From Escherichia phage PSa2, in the sequence record OL770310: a DNA stretch of 64,000 bases. One strand, written 5' to 3'. The translations under genes and the position numbers were made by a program. The notes under the pieces were generated by a model. It saw only the letters and a list, made by a program, of their open reading frames with translations. It had not been told where the DNA came from and did no database searches. Positions 55,968 through 64,000 of this stretch are shown here, piece after piece (within the stretch, counting starts at the first letter, position 1; the number at the start of each line of letters is the position of its first letter).

Positions 55968-55997
55968 ATTATACCAATATATGCGGGAGAAAGCAAC
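55968..55997 (-). promoter_or_regulatory. sigma70 early promoter for phoH operon
   Basis: -10 complement at 55968-55973, -35 complement at 55991-55996. Confidence 0.55.
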
Positions 55998-56188
55998 TAC
56001 AATTTTAAATAAGCCTATGATATTGCATTTAAATAAAAAATTTGCTTGCTTTTATTGGGAGATGTATGGTACTAGATAATCATTTTATATCGCGTACACG
56101 GGCGCGTGATTATACTATTTTTAATAGAGGTTGGCAAATAAAATTTTTTGACTCAGATCAATTTACAGAATGTTATAGTAAAATATTG

Positions 56189-56217
56189 TTGACATCCGCC
56201 TTCGAATGAGTTATAAT
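56189..56217 (+). promoter_or_regulatory. consensus sigma70 promoter TTGACA-17-TATAAT for nrdD
   Basis: TTGACA at 56189-56194, TATAAT at 56212-56217. Confidence 0.65.
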
Positions 56218-56246
56218 AGTAGTCTTAGTTAGAGAAGGAGGGTATA

Positions 56247-58121
56247 ATGAATCGCAATGAAGAACTAAAGTATAAAGGAATGCAGTCCTTGATTCGAAAC
56301 TGCAAAGAAATTATCGAAGGTTCAGCAGATGAAGAACTGCTGTTTAATAATGCCAATAAGCCCTCAGAACGTTTCCCTACACAAAGGGACATGCTTGCAG
56401 GGGAATTGAGTAAATATCTGATTCTGGAAGAAATGCCAATCCAGATTCGAAATGCTCACATGATTGGTGATATTCACTTCCATGATGCTGATTACGCTGC
56501 GTTAGGTATGACTAACTGTTGCCTGGTTGCTTTGGAAGATATGTTGAAAAACGGTATGAAGGTTGGTAATGCTGAAATCAGTACGCCAAACTCCATTACT
56601 ACTGCGGCTGCTATTACAGCTCAGATTATTACTCAGGTTAGCTCCCATCAATATGGTGGTACTTCTGTAGACCGATTAGATGAAGTACTGGCTCCTTATG
56701 TTCGTAAGTCTTATGATAAGAATCATGCGTTTGCAAAGCGTTGGACTAAGGATGAAGCCAAAGCATCTGTAATGGCTACGGAAATGACTGAGAAAGAAGT
56801 TTACGATGCCTGTCAAGGTCTAGAGTATGAAATCAATACGATGTTCAACTCTAATGGTCAGAGTCCATTTATTACCTTTGGTTTTGGTCTAGGAACTTCC
56901 TGGGAAGCACGTCTTGTACAGAAAGCAATCTTAGAAGTGCGTATGGATGGTTTGGGTATCAATAAACGTACAGCTATCTTCCCTAAACTGGTATTTGTTT
57001 TGCGTGATGGCGTAAACATGAAACCTGGTGATGTTAACTATGATATCAAGAAGTTAGCTATGAAATGTACTGCTGAACGTATGTATCCTGACTACATCAG
57101 TTATGATAAGGTTGTAGAAGTTACGGGAGACTACAAAGTCTCTATGGGCTGTCGTTCATTCCTGGCTGCTGCGGAAGATGGTGAAACTTCTGGTCGTAAC
57201 AACTTAGGCGTTGTTTCCGTAAACCTTCCTCGAATCGCTATCGAAGCGGAAGGAAATATTGATCTATTCTTCGATCTGCTTGAGCTGCGTGTGGATACCG
57301 CGTTAAAAGCATTGGAGTGGAGGGTTGATCGCTTAAAATACATTCAAGCTAAAGCTGCGCCCATCCTCTATATGTCAGGAGCCTTTGGATTACGTCTGGG
57401 ACCCGATGAATATGTATTTGATCATTTCTACAAGCGTGCTTCTGTATCTCTAGGATATATTGGTTGCCACGAAATGTTGCAGCTCATGTTTGGTAAAGAT
57501 GTAGATACAATGTCTGAGTCTTGTATCAAGTTCGTTCAACGTGTGCTACAATATATGCGTGATCGTGCTGATCAGAAGAAGGAAGAGACTCAATTAGGTT
57601 ATAGTCTGTATGCTACACCATCTGAATCTCTATGTGATCGCTTTTGTCGCCTAGACCGTGAGTATTTCCCAGAGCATGAAGATATTCTGGCTAAAGGATA
57701 TTACACTAACTCCCATCACCTTGATGTAGAACGTAAGGTTGCTCCAAACGTGAAGTTTGATTATGAGTCTAACTTTACCCCTATTGCTTCTGGTGGGTGC
57801 ATTTCCTATGTGGAACTACCGGATATGAAACGATTCCCAGATGCGCTGGAATGGGTTATTAACTATGCCGCAAGTAAAGTTCATTACTTCGGTATTAATA
57901 CTCCAGTAGACTCTTGTGGGGAATGTGGGTTCTTGGGTGAAACTATAGCTTCTGAGGATGGTTTCAAATGCCCTATTTGTGGCAACCATGATCCTGAGAC
58001 TCTTGAGGTAACTCGTCGAGTTTGTGGCTATCTTGGAAATCCAGGTGCTCGTCCGTTTAACCCAGGTAAACAACATGAGGTTATGGGTCGAGTGAAACAT
58101 CAGGACATTCGCGCTAAATAA
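56247..58121 (+). CDS. nrdD: anaerobic ribonucleoside-triphosphate reductase
   Basis: 624-aa ORF; C-terminal glycyl-radical motif RRVCGYLG; RBS AGGAGGG. Confidence 0.85.
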   Translation: MNRNEELKYKGMQSLIRNCKEIIEGSADEELLFNNANKPSERFPTQRDMLAGELSKYLILEEMPIQIRNAHMIGDIHFHDADYAALGMTNCCLVALEDMLKNGMKVGNAEISTPNSITTAAAITAQIITQVSSHQYGGTSVDRLDEVLAPYVRKSYDKNHAFAKRWTKDEAKASVMATEMTEKEVYDACQGLEYEINTMFNSNGQSPFITFGFGLGTSWEARLVQKAILEVRMDGLGINKRTAIFPKLVFVLRDGVNMKPGDVNYDIKKLAMKCTAERMYPDYISYDKVVEVTGDYKVSMGCRSFLAAAEDGETSGRNNLGVVSVNLPRIAIEAEGNIDLFFDLLELRVDTALKALEWRVDRLKYIQAKAAPILYMSGAFGLRLGPDEYVFDHFYKRASVSLGYIGCHEMLQLMFGKDVDTMSESCIKFVQRVLQYMRDRADQKKEETQLGYSLYATPSESLCDRFCRLDREYFPEHEDILAKGYYTNSHHLDVERKVAPNVKFDYESNFTPIASGGCISYVELPDMKRFPDALEWVINYAASKVHYFGINTPVDSCGECGFLGETIASEDGFKCPICGNHDPETLEVTRRVCGYLGNPGARPFNPGKQHEVMGRVKHQDIRAK

Positions 58122-58127
58122 TGAATC

Positions 58128-58162
58128 AGCCAGGTTGCTAGTCGACCTGGCTTTTATTTTAT
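58128..58162 (+). terminator. intrinsic terminator AGCCAGGT-N9-ACCTGGCT plus TTTTATTTTATTT
   Basis: read directly after nrdD. Confidence 0.65.
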
Positions 58163-58219
58163 TTGCTTTCTAGCTAAAACTTATGTATAATTGATTTATA
58201 AATTTGAGAGGAGAAAGCT

Positions 58220-58501
58220 ATGAGTGAATTGCTTCCTAAAGTAGATGTTTCCCATCTTGGAGAGCCTAGTGAAGAACGTAAGGCTCTAGATTGGTTGGGC
58301 GGATTTGATTATCGTCGTGTTGTTGCAACATGGAATGATAAGAAAGTTAAGAAGTTTCGGGTACATTATGTAGGTAAAGACAAGTGGCTCTGGATTGATT
58401 ATGAAGAATCGAAGGGGTCTACTAAGGCTGTGAAAATTTATCGTATGTATGGGTATTATTATGCTCACTGTGATAAGAATGAATTTACAGTACAGAACTA
58501 A
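58220..58501 (+). CDS. hypothetical protein
   Basis: 93-aa ORF with GAGAGGAG RBS. Confidence 0.5.
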   Translation: MSELLPKVDVSHLGEPSEERKALDWLGGFDYRRVVATWNDKKVKKFRVHYVGKDKWLWIDYEESKGSTKAVKIYRMYGYYYAHCDKNEFTVQN

Positions 58502-58510
58502 GGAACAAGA

Positions 58511-58714
58511 ATGAAAAACGTAAAACATCTCAAATATCGCTTAATTTACAACGGACGTATGGAAACAGAAGATCTAGCTCAGCTAGCGATCAATTCAGAT
58601 GAAGTTACAGTTCGTGCTTTGTCCATCGAGAAGCTGCGTGCTTCTTACGAAAATCGTATTATGGAATTGGAGGAAAAACTTTATGGACTTCTTGAATCAG
58701 AATCTAAAAAGTAA
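58511..58714 (+). CDS. hypothetical protein
   Basis: 67-aa ORF. Confidence 0.45.
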   Translation: MKNVKHLKYRLIYNGRMETEDLAQLAINSDEVTVRALSIEKLRASYENRIMELEEKLYGLLESESKK

Positions 58715-58877
58715 TTTAGAAAATATGCTCATGGAGCAGTGGAATGCTGGGTATAATGCTGGAGTAGCTACCTGTATTGCTGGTTTGGATATGCTTATTA
58801 AGCAAGAGAAGGTTCGCCCAGAAGAAGCAATTCTGCTCCAAAATATCATCGAAGGATTCAAGCAAGGAATCGTATAA
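58683..58877 (+). CDS. hypothetical protein
   Basis: track ORF 58599-58877 trimmed to internal Met preceded by GGAGGA. Confidence 0.4.
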   Translation: MDFLNQNLKSNLENMLMEQWNAGYNAGVATCIAGLDMLIKQEKVRPEEAILLQNIIEGFKQGIV

Positions 58878-59092
58878 TGCGTAGACTAATCGTTGTTAGT
58901 GGTGCAGGTTTGAGTGTAGATAGTGGTGTTCGTGCTTTCCGTACTGATACTGCTAGTGGGAAATCCTTGTGGGATGAGTACGATCTAGAGGAAGTATGTA
59001 ATATTCATGCCTTTCGTGGTAATTTTACCATAAAACTCATATGTTTTACAACAAACGTCGTGAAGAGTTACAAACTGTTGAACCTAACCTAG
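58877..59092 (+). CDS. Sir2-family NAD-dependent deacylase, N-terminal fragment (frame-interrupted)
   Basis: VVSGAGLSVDSGVRAFR matches sirtuin GAGIS..SGI..FR motif; ORF ends soon after a T4 run. Confidence 0.5.
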   Translation: MRRLIVVSGAGLSVDSGVRAFRTDTASGKSLWDEYDLEEVCNIHAFRGNFTIKLICFTTNVVKSYKLLNLT

Positions 59093-59691
59093 CTCATTTG
59101 CGTATTGGTGAATGGTATAAACGGTATCCAAATCAAGTGGTAAACCTTACTACCAATGTTGATGATCTAATCGAACGTGCTGGAGTGCCGAGAGAAGATA
59201 TACTCCATATTCATGGATATCTGAAAGAAATTATTGTAGAGCATGCGTTCGACCAGACACGTGATGTTATTGATATTGGGTATAGTTCTATTGATCCAGA
59301 TGACTTTGATTGGGTTAAACCTAACGTTATCTTCTTTGGTGAGGTTGCTCCTGCCTATAAAACAATGTATGAGGTTTTTGATGGTATCACCAGTCATGAT
59401 ATGATCATCATTGTTGGGTGCTCTAACCAAGTAATTAACTTCTACTGGGAGCTATTTCCTGTTCTGAATCTTACTGCTGCAAAACTTATGGTAGTTAACT
59501 ATTACGATAGTGCAGTAGCTATGGAACCAGGCTATCAGGGCATGACTCGTAGTGAAATGTATCAGTTAGAAGAACGTGGTATTCCTTACTGGAGTAAAGG
59601 TGCTGTGGATGCCTTTAGTGATCCCGATTTTATTGCTCGTGTGGAAGCTCATCTAGAAGGTAAACCCTATGTTCAACAAAAGCATGTGTGA
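59041..59691 (+). CDS. Sir2-family NAD-dependent deacylase, C-terminal part
   Basis: FYNKRREEL, NVDDLIERAG, HIHG, VIFFGE collinear with CobB-type sirtuins; frame is -1 relative to N-terminal fragment. Confidence 0.55.
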   Translation: MFYNKRREELQTVEPNLAHLRIGEWYKRYPNQVVNLTTNVDDLIERAGVPREDILHIHGYLKEIIVEHAFDQTRDVIDIGYSSIDPDDFDWVKPNVIFFGEVAPAYKTMYEVFDGITSHDMIIIVGCSNQVINFYWELFPVLNLTAAKLMVVNYYDSAVAMEPGYQGMTRSEMYQLEERGIPYWSKGAVDAFSDPDFIARVEAHLEGKPYVQQKHV

Positions 59692-59851
59692 TCTTTTAGT
59701 GTGGCCGGATGGTAGTTGGTGCTACCGTTTCGAATTTGCTACCGATGATTTCTCATGGAAGAGTGATGATTTCTGTGTTATCTATGAAGATACAGCAGAA
59801 TGGAAAGAGTTCCTTATTAAGGAGGGAGAATATGGTGAAGAAGATTTTTAA
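59669..59851 (+). CDS. hypothetical acidic protein
   Basis: 60-aa ORF. Confidence 0.35.
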   Translation: MFNKSMCDLLVWPDGSWCYRFEFATDDFSWKSDDFCVIYEDTAEWKEFLIKEGEYGEEDF

Positions 59852-60017
59852 GGGTATCTGGAAAGGTCTAGTATGGTTTGTCAACCTAATCGGTATGATT
59901 ACCATTTATTCTCTGTTCCTATCTGTTATGTGGGGTAAAGGTGAGCTGAAGGTTCCAGTTCCTTTTACTGATGAAGTTAAAGTCTGGACGTGGGATGCTA
60001 CTGGTGGAAATAAGTAA
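59832..60017 (+). CDS. small membrane protein
   Basis: track ORF 59709-60017 trimmed to Met preceded by AGGAGGGAG. Confidence 0.45.
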   Translation: MVKKIFKGIWKGLVWFVNLIGMITIYSLFLSVMWGKGELKVPVPFTDEVKVWTWDATGGNK

Positions 60018-60510
60018 TACTCCTATAATTTTCCTGGATATTGATGGGGTGCTCAATTCGAGCATCTCTCACCATCATGCTCCAGATAGTGAAAAGCTAT
60101 TCTTTGGTAGTGATTGGGTTTATAAGCCATTACTCCAGGCTTTTCAGAACTTCCTTAAACCTTCTCCAATAATGATTGTTGGGGTATCTTCATGGTTTTC
60201 TGTACGAAACGAGATGGAGAACGTCCAGATTATGACCGGACTCGGTTTGATCGATCGTTTCCTTGGTACAACAGATTTTACTGGAGGTGGTTTATCTCGA
60301 GGTAATTCTGTCTTACGTTTCGTAGAAAAACATAAGCTCAAGCATTGGTGCGTCCTAGATGATGCTGGTGCTATGATGTACCAATTTCCTACTGTTATTG
60401 TAAATGGCAGGACTGGAATAAACCTTCAAGATTTAAATACTATCAGCTATATGCTGGAATTTAGTCCAGATCTTGAAATGTGTAAGGCTCTTCAGAAACT
60501 CAAGGTGTAA
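59971..60510 (+). CDS. HAD-like phosphatase
   Basis: 179-aa ORF; HAD motif I FLDIDGVLN; exact start uncertain. Confidence 0.5.
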   Translation: MKLKSGRGMLLVEISNTPIIFLDIDGVLNSSISHHHAPDSEKLFFGSDWVYKPLLQAFQNFLKPSPIMIVGVSSWFSVRNEMENVQIMTGLGLIDRFLGTTDFTGGGLSRGNSVLRFVEKHKLKHWCVLDDAGAMMYQFPTVIVNGRTGINLQDLNTISYMLEFSPDLEMCKALQKLKV

Positions 60511-60512
60511 AT

Positions 60513-60941
60513 ATGTTCGATAATCTTTTCATGAAAGAGGTAAATCCTATGCTCCTCAACTTCTGGCGTTCTCTCCCTAATGGTATGTATAATGAAACCA
60601 TCAATCTGCTCAAGATTTGGTGTGAGAATAACGATATCTTCTTATCCTTTAAAGGCCCACTAGAGGAAGCTCCGTGTATTGGAGTTAGCGTGGATTTAGG
60701 GGAGGGAGTAGAAGAGATTGTAGACTGGAAAGAACTCGATGAAATGGGTCTGGTTTTTGCCTTGAACCATAAGCTGTTTATGCCTGCAAATCACCGTCTT
60801 ATTGTAAATTATCGCACTGGTGAAGCTCCTGCTTTCCAGGTAAATGAACGTGAGGGCTGGTCATATTCGCCCGAGGAAGTAAATGAGGGGATTCAGAAAC
60901 TTCGTCGTTTCGGGTATATGATCCCAGGTTTAACTGCTTAA
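60513..60941 (+). CDS. hypothetical protein (paralog pair member 1)
   Basis: 142-aa ORF; shares WxELxxMGL...TGExP...PGL pattern with next ORF. Confidence 0.5.
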   Translation: MFDNLFMKEVNPMLLNFWRSLPNGMYNETINLLKIWCENNDIFLSFKGPLEEAPCIGVSVDLGEGVEEIVDWKELDEMGLVFALNHKLFMPANHRLIVNYRTGEAPAFQVNEREGWSYSPEEVNEGIQKLRRFGYMIPGLTA

Positions 60942-60950
60942 GGAGGCAGA

Positions 60951-61346
60951 ATGGAACAAGTATTTTGGCGTCAGATAGATCCTAGTTTGGTAGAGCGTGC
61001 TGAGGGGCTCCTTGCACGTTGGTTGGGGGTTGACAAGGTTAGTGTAACATTTCCGTTTACTTCTGTAACAGACCCTAGTGTAGGTGTCTTTGTGGACGAA
61101 GATGAAGATGATGGTTGGGAAGCTGACTGGAATGAATTGTCCAGCATGGGCTTGATTGTTGCCCTCAACTTCTCTATATTCCACCCACGTGGTTTAGCTA
61201 TTACACGTGATCCCGAAACCGGTGAATCCCCTTATCTTTTGCAAGTAGAAGATGATATTTGGGAGTACACCGAAGGTATTCTCGAAGAAGCTAAAGGTCA
61301 ATTAAATCGTATTGGGATCTATGTCCCGGGCCTAAATGATGATTGA
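60951..61346 (+). CDS. hypothetical protein (paralog pair member 2)
   Basis: 131-aa ORF with AGGAGG RBS. Confidence 0.5.
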   Translation: MEQVFWRQIDPSLVERAEGLLARWLGVDKVSVTFPFTSVTDPSVGVFVDEDEDDGWEADWNELSSMGLIVALNFSIFHPRGLAITRDPETGESPYLLQVEDDIWEYTEGILEEAKGQLNRIGIYVPGLNDD

Positions 61347-61369
61347 TTTTCATTAGCTCAATCCTGATT

Positions 61370-61397
61370 ACCGAGTCATTTTGGCTCGGTTTTCTCT
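61370..61397 (+). terminator. hairpin ACCGAG-N9-CTCGGT followed by TTTCTCT
   Basis: read directly after 60951-61346. Confidence 0.45.
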
Positions 61398-61437
61398 GTG
61401 CTCAAAGACACTGATAGCACCTTCGGAAAAATTTTAC

Positions 61438-61466
61438 TTGCAGGATGCTCAAAATCTTGATATAAT
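61438..61466 (+). promoter_or_regulatory. sigma70 promoter TTGCAG-17-TATAAT
   Basis: TTGCAG at 61438-61443, TATAAT at 61461-61466. Confidence 0.5.
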
Positions 61467-61962
61467 ATTTATATTGAATTGAGAGACATTAGTAAAAATT
61501 GATTTTGCTAATTTTTCTTGTTTACAATCCGCAATACGGAACAGTTAGGCTGCCCCATTAAGGGTTGTTTTAACTATTACTAGTGTTTATACTGCATTAG
61601 TTAATTATCAATTAAGTGATCTGCGTACCCTGAATTCGGAAAGGTAAATCCAAACCGTGCATATTTAGCTCGTTATATAGGCAGAGCTTTATATGGGGGT
61701 GCGAACGAAAAGAGCAGCGAATGGTGACACGTCCAGTAGCCACCTACCAATAGGATAGTGAGGGCAATCAGAATCGGCTTAGCGGCCAATGACCTAGGTT
61801 CTGATCTGGATAAGAGTTAAGAGAGCGCAGCACTGAGGTATGATAACTTATTCATACTGCTTGATGATGATTAATGTTTGTGTAAATGGTAGTAATAGTT
61901 GTTCTATTCTTTTGAATAGTCCTAAAGAAAGATATTCGAATAACCAACATAGGAGTATTGTT

Positions 61963-64000
61963 GTGTTCTCAATCCTACAAGGCCACGCAGGATTTTCCAG
62001 AGATAAAGCTACTGGCATCTGGAAAGAGATCAAAGTGGAAGATTATACCTTTGCAAAGCGATTCTCTAAAGAGCATCCAGAAGGTAAACCAGCTTCCATG
62101 CCCTTCAAATTTGATGTACTTGAAGAACTTGACCCGCAAAACCTTGCTGAAATGTTACCTATCATGCGTCGTCTTACCAAAGACCCGCATATTGTAGCTA
62201 TTCGGGGTAAATGTCTAGCTCCAAAAGATAATGTGCGTCGTACCAGGGGAAACTTTAACGTATCCAATCCTAGTCATATTATTGCTATGGACGTGGATGG
62301 TATTGTAGATACTGGTGGCTATGACAAGTTTAATCTTGTTGGCATGGCACGTCATATTATTAAGATGTTGAATAGTATTAGTGAGGATATGTTTCCTCTT
62401 GATGCAGGGTTTATTGCCCATGCATCGTCTTCGGCTGGGTTAAAACCAGGTATCCGAATGCACTTAATGCTAGAATCTAATGTCAAGGTAACGCAGGGAC
62501 AGTTAAAGTTCTTATTTACATCTATCAATGATAGTAGTAAGCAAAAGTACGGCTTTGATATTGCTGACTTAGCTTATTATTCTTCTGTTCAGCTTCACTA
62601 TTTCGCAGATCCCTTATTTGATGATGGTATAGTCGATCCGTTTAAAGCGGAGAATAAACCACGTCTTGTGTATGTTAAGGGTTCGAAGGTAAATCTACCT
62701 AATAACCTAGTTGACTTTGAAACAACTAGAGGTGAGTTTAAAGAAGAGTTCTACTCCTTACTTGACCAAATTAAAGGCAAGAAGGCTGCATCTGATAAAG
62801 TGGAAGAAACCATCAGCGAACTAGAAGAAGCTGAGGATGGAGTGTACCTGCGTATTATTCCAAAACTTTATCACAGAGCGTTAGAAGATGGTGTTGACTT
62901 TACGTGGTTAGAACGTGAGATTAAACCAGCTTTATCTGAGTATATTGCGACTAAAGATAATAGTCGTAATATTCAAGATTACTTTAATAACGGTCGTAAG
63001 CAGGCTCTCAAAGCCTTTGTAAATAACTCCAAACGTGAGATTCCACCAAACTTAAAAGGTGTACCATTAAAACGTCTAGACACAGATTCTCCACCAGAAG
63101 TTCCATACCTGAAAATTAACATTGTACCACCAAAAGGACATTTAACATTTGTTAAGGCAAGTCTTGGTACGGGTAAAACTACAGCAGTAACTAAGTGGCT
63201 AGATGCAGGTGTTCTTCCAGGGAACTTTATTGCAATCACAAATACTAGAGCACTTGTATCTTCTAACGCGAAGAAATTCGGTGCTGGCCAGTATGATAAG
63301 TCAGTTGATATGCTGAACTTCAAACGTGGTGCTATTGATCGTATGTCTTCAACTATTCACTCTATCCATAAGTTCAAGAGCTTTGTGGGTCAGATTGATA
63401 CGATCTTTATTGATGAATGTGACGCAGTAATGAATGATCTGTTATTCGCTCCGGTTGTTAAAAACCGTCGTGAATGTATTCAGGTTCTTCGTGATATCCT
63501 TATTACTGCTAAAACTGTTATCTTATCTGATGGTGATATCAGTGCAGAAACGATTGAAGCCTATGGTTCTTTGATTGATTTTGATAAACCAGTTGCATTC
63601 TATAATCATCACCGTAAAATGCTGGCGAAAGCTCACGCTTATGAATTCCCTGACGAATCCAGTATTTGGGTTGCACTTCAAACATCTCTAGAGATGGGTG
63701 AGAAGTCAATCCTAGTATCTGACTGTGGACCAGATGAACTGAATGAAAAGGGAATGGCGTTACGTCGTAATACTGGTGCGTTAGTTAAAGAAATTCACTC
63801 AAACTCTACGTCTGATATAGATATCCGACGTATTCTGGATTATACAACTAATGAGCTAATTGATCAACAGATTGATTGTTTGTTATGTAGTCCATCTGTA
63901 ACGAGTGGTGTTGACTTTAACTATTTTGATAACGTATTCGTAATCACTAGAACCTCAAACCAAGCGCCAAACATGCGTTTTCAAGCAATCAGGCGCGACC
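61963..64000 (+). CDS. replication protein, P-loop NTPase (primase/helicase-like), 5' partial in window
   Basis: open frame from GTG 61963 preceded by AGGAG, runs to window end (>675 aa); Walker A LGTGKTT, Walker B IFIDECD. Confidence 0.5.
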   Translation, partial: MFSILQGHAGFSRDKATGIWKEIKVEDYTFAKRFSKEHPEGKPASMPFKFDVLEELDPQNLAEMLPIMRRLTKDPHIVAIRGKCLAPKDNVRRTRGNFNVSNPSHIIAMDVDGIVDTGGYDKFNLVGMARHIIKMLNSISEDMFPLDAGFIAHASSSAGLKPGIRMHLMLESNVKVTQGQLKFLFTSINDSSKQKYGFDIADLAYYSSVQLHYFADPLFDDGIVDPFKAENKPRLVYVKGSKVNLPNNLVDFETTRGEFKEEFYSLLDQIKGKKAASDKVEETISELEEAEDGVYLRIIPKLYHRALEDGVDFTWLEREIKPALSEYIATKDNSRNIQDYFNNGRKQALKAFVNNSKREIPPNLKGVPLKRLDTDSPPEVPYLKINIVPPKGHLTFVKASLGTGKTTAVTKWLDAGVLPGNFIAITNTRALVSSNAKKFGAGQYDKSVDMLNFKRGAIDRMSSTIHSIHKFKSFVGQIDTIFIDECDAVMNDLLFAPVVKNRRECIQVLRDILITAKTVILSDGDISAETIEAYGSLIDFDKPVAFYNHHRKMLAKAHAYEFPDESSIWVALQTSLEMGEKSILVSDCGPDELNEKGMALRRNTGALVKEIHSNSTSDIDIRRILDYTTNELIDQQIDCLLCSPSVTSGVDFNYFDNVFVITRTSNQAPNMRFQAIRRD

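Noticed and set aside
1-64000. Prophage or bacterial chromosome origin
   Set aside because: No integrase, repressor, att-like repeats or host housekeeping genes; the window is uniformly phage-like with virulent-phage nucleotide metabolism genes.

Overview
This window reads as the left ~64 kb of a T5-like (Tequintavirus-type) virulent phage genome, assigned by hand from gene content and order; no search was run. Almost all genes run on the minus strand, with two plus-strand blocks (6.3-9.6 kb and 56.2-64 kb). Layout: (1) 0.2-5.3 kb pre-early block with Dmp-like 5'-deoxynucleotidase, an A2 candidate and an A1-like metallophosphoesterase protein; (2) 5.3-10.9 kb regulatory region with DnaA boxes, two near-consensus LexA/SOS boxes in inverted elements, and three iteron-like repeat arrays, around a plus-strand cassette of small genes; (3) 11-29 kb early genes: a translationally coupled operon of unknown proteins, phosphatases, thioredoxin-like protein, holin-endolysin, ClpP-like protease, dNMP kinase and a spanin-like pair; (4) 29.2-38.4 kb cluster of about 29 minus-strand tRNA genes plus tRNA-Arg at 42.0 kb, interleaved with small ORFs; (5) 38.8-55.9 kb PnuC and NadR-like NAD salvage, SPFH protein, RNase H, thymidylate synthase, DHFR, NrdB, NrdA, PhoH; (6) plus-strand NrdD, a Sir2-like gene split by a frameshift, a HAD-like protein and the start of a primase/helicase-like gene. 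About 24 near-identical sigma70 promoters (TTGCTT-17-TGTATAAT) and many hairpin terminators punctuate the minus-strand genes. Most worth a second look: the repeat/SOS/DnaA region, two homopolymer frameshifts (Sir2-like gene and an unknown gene), the unknown operon at 11.2-14.0 kb, and ORF-free GC-richer segments. No CRISPR array, integrase or transposase was seen. tRNA folds and coordinates are hand-derived and approximate.
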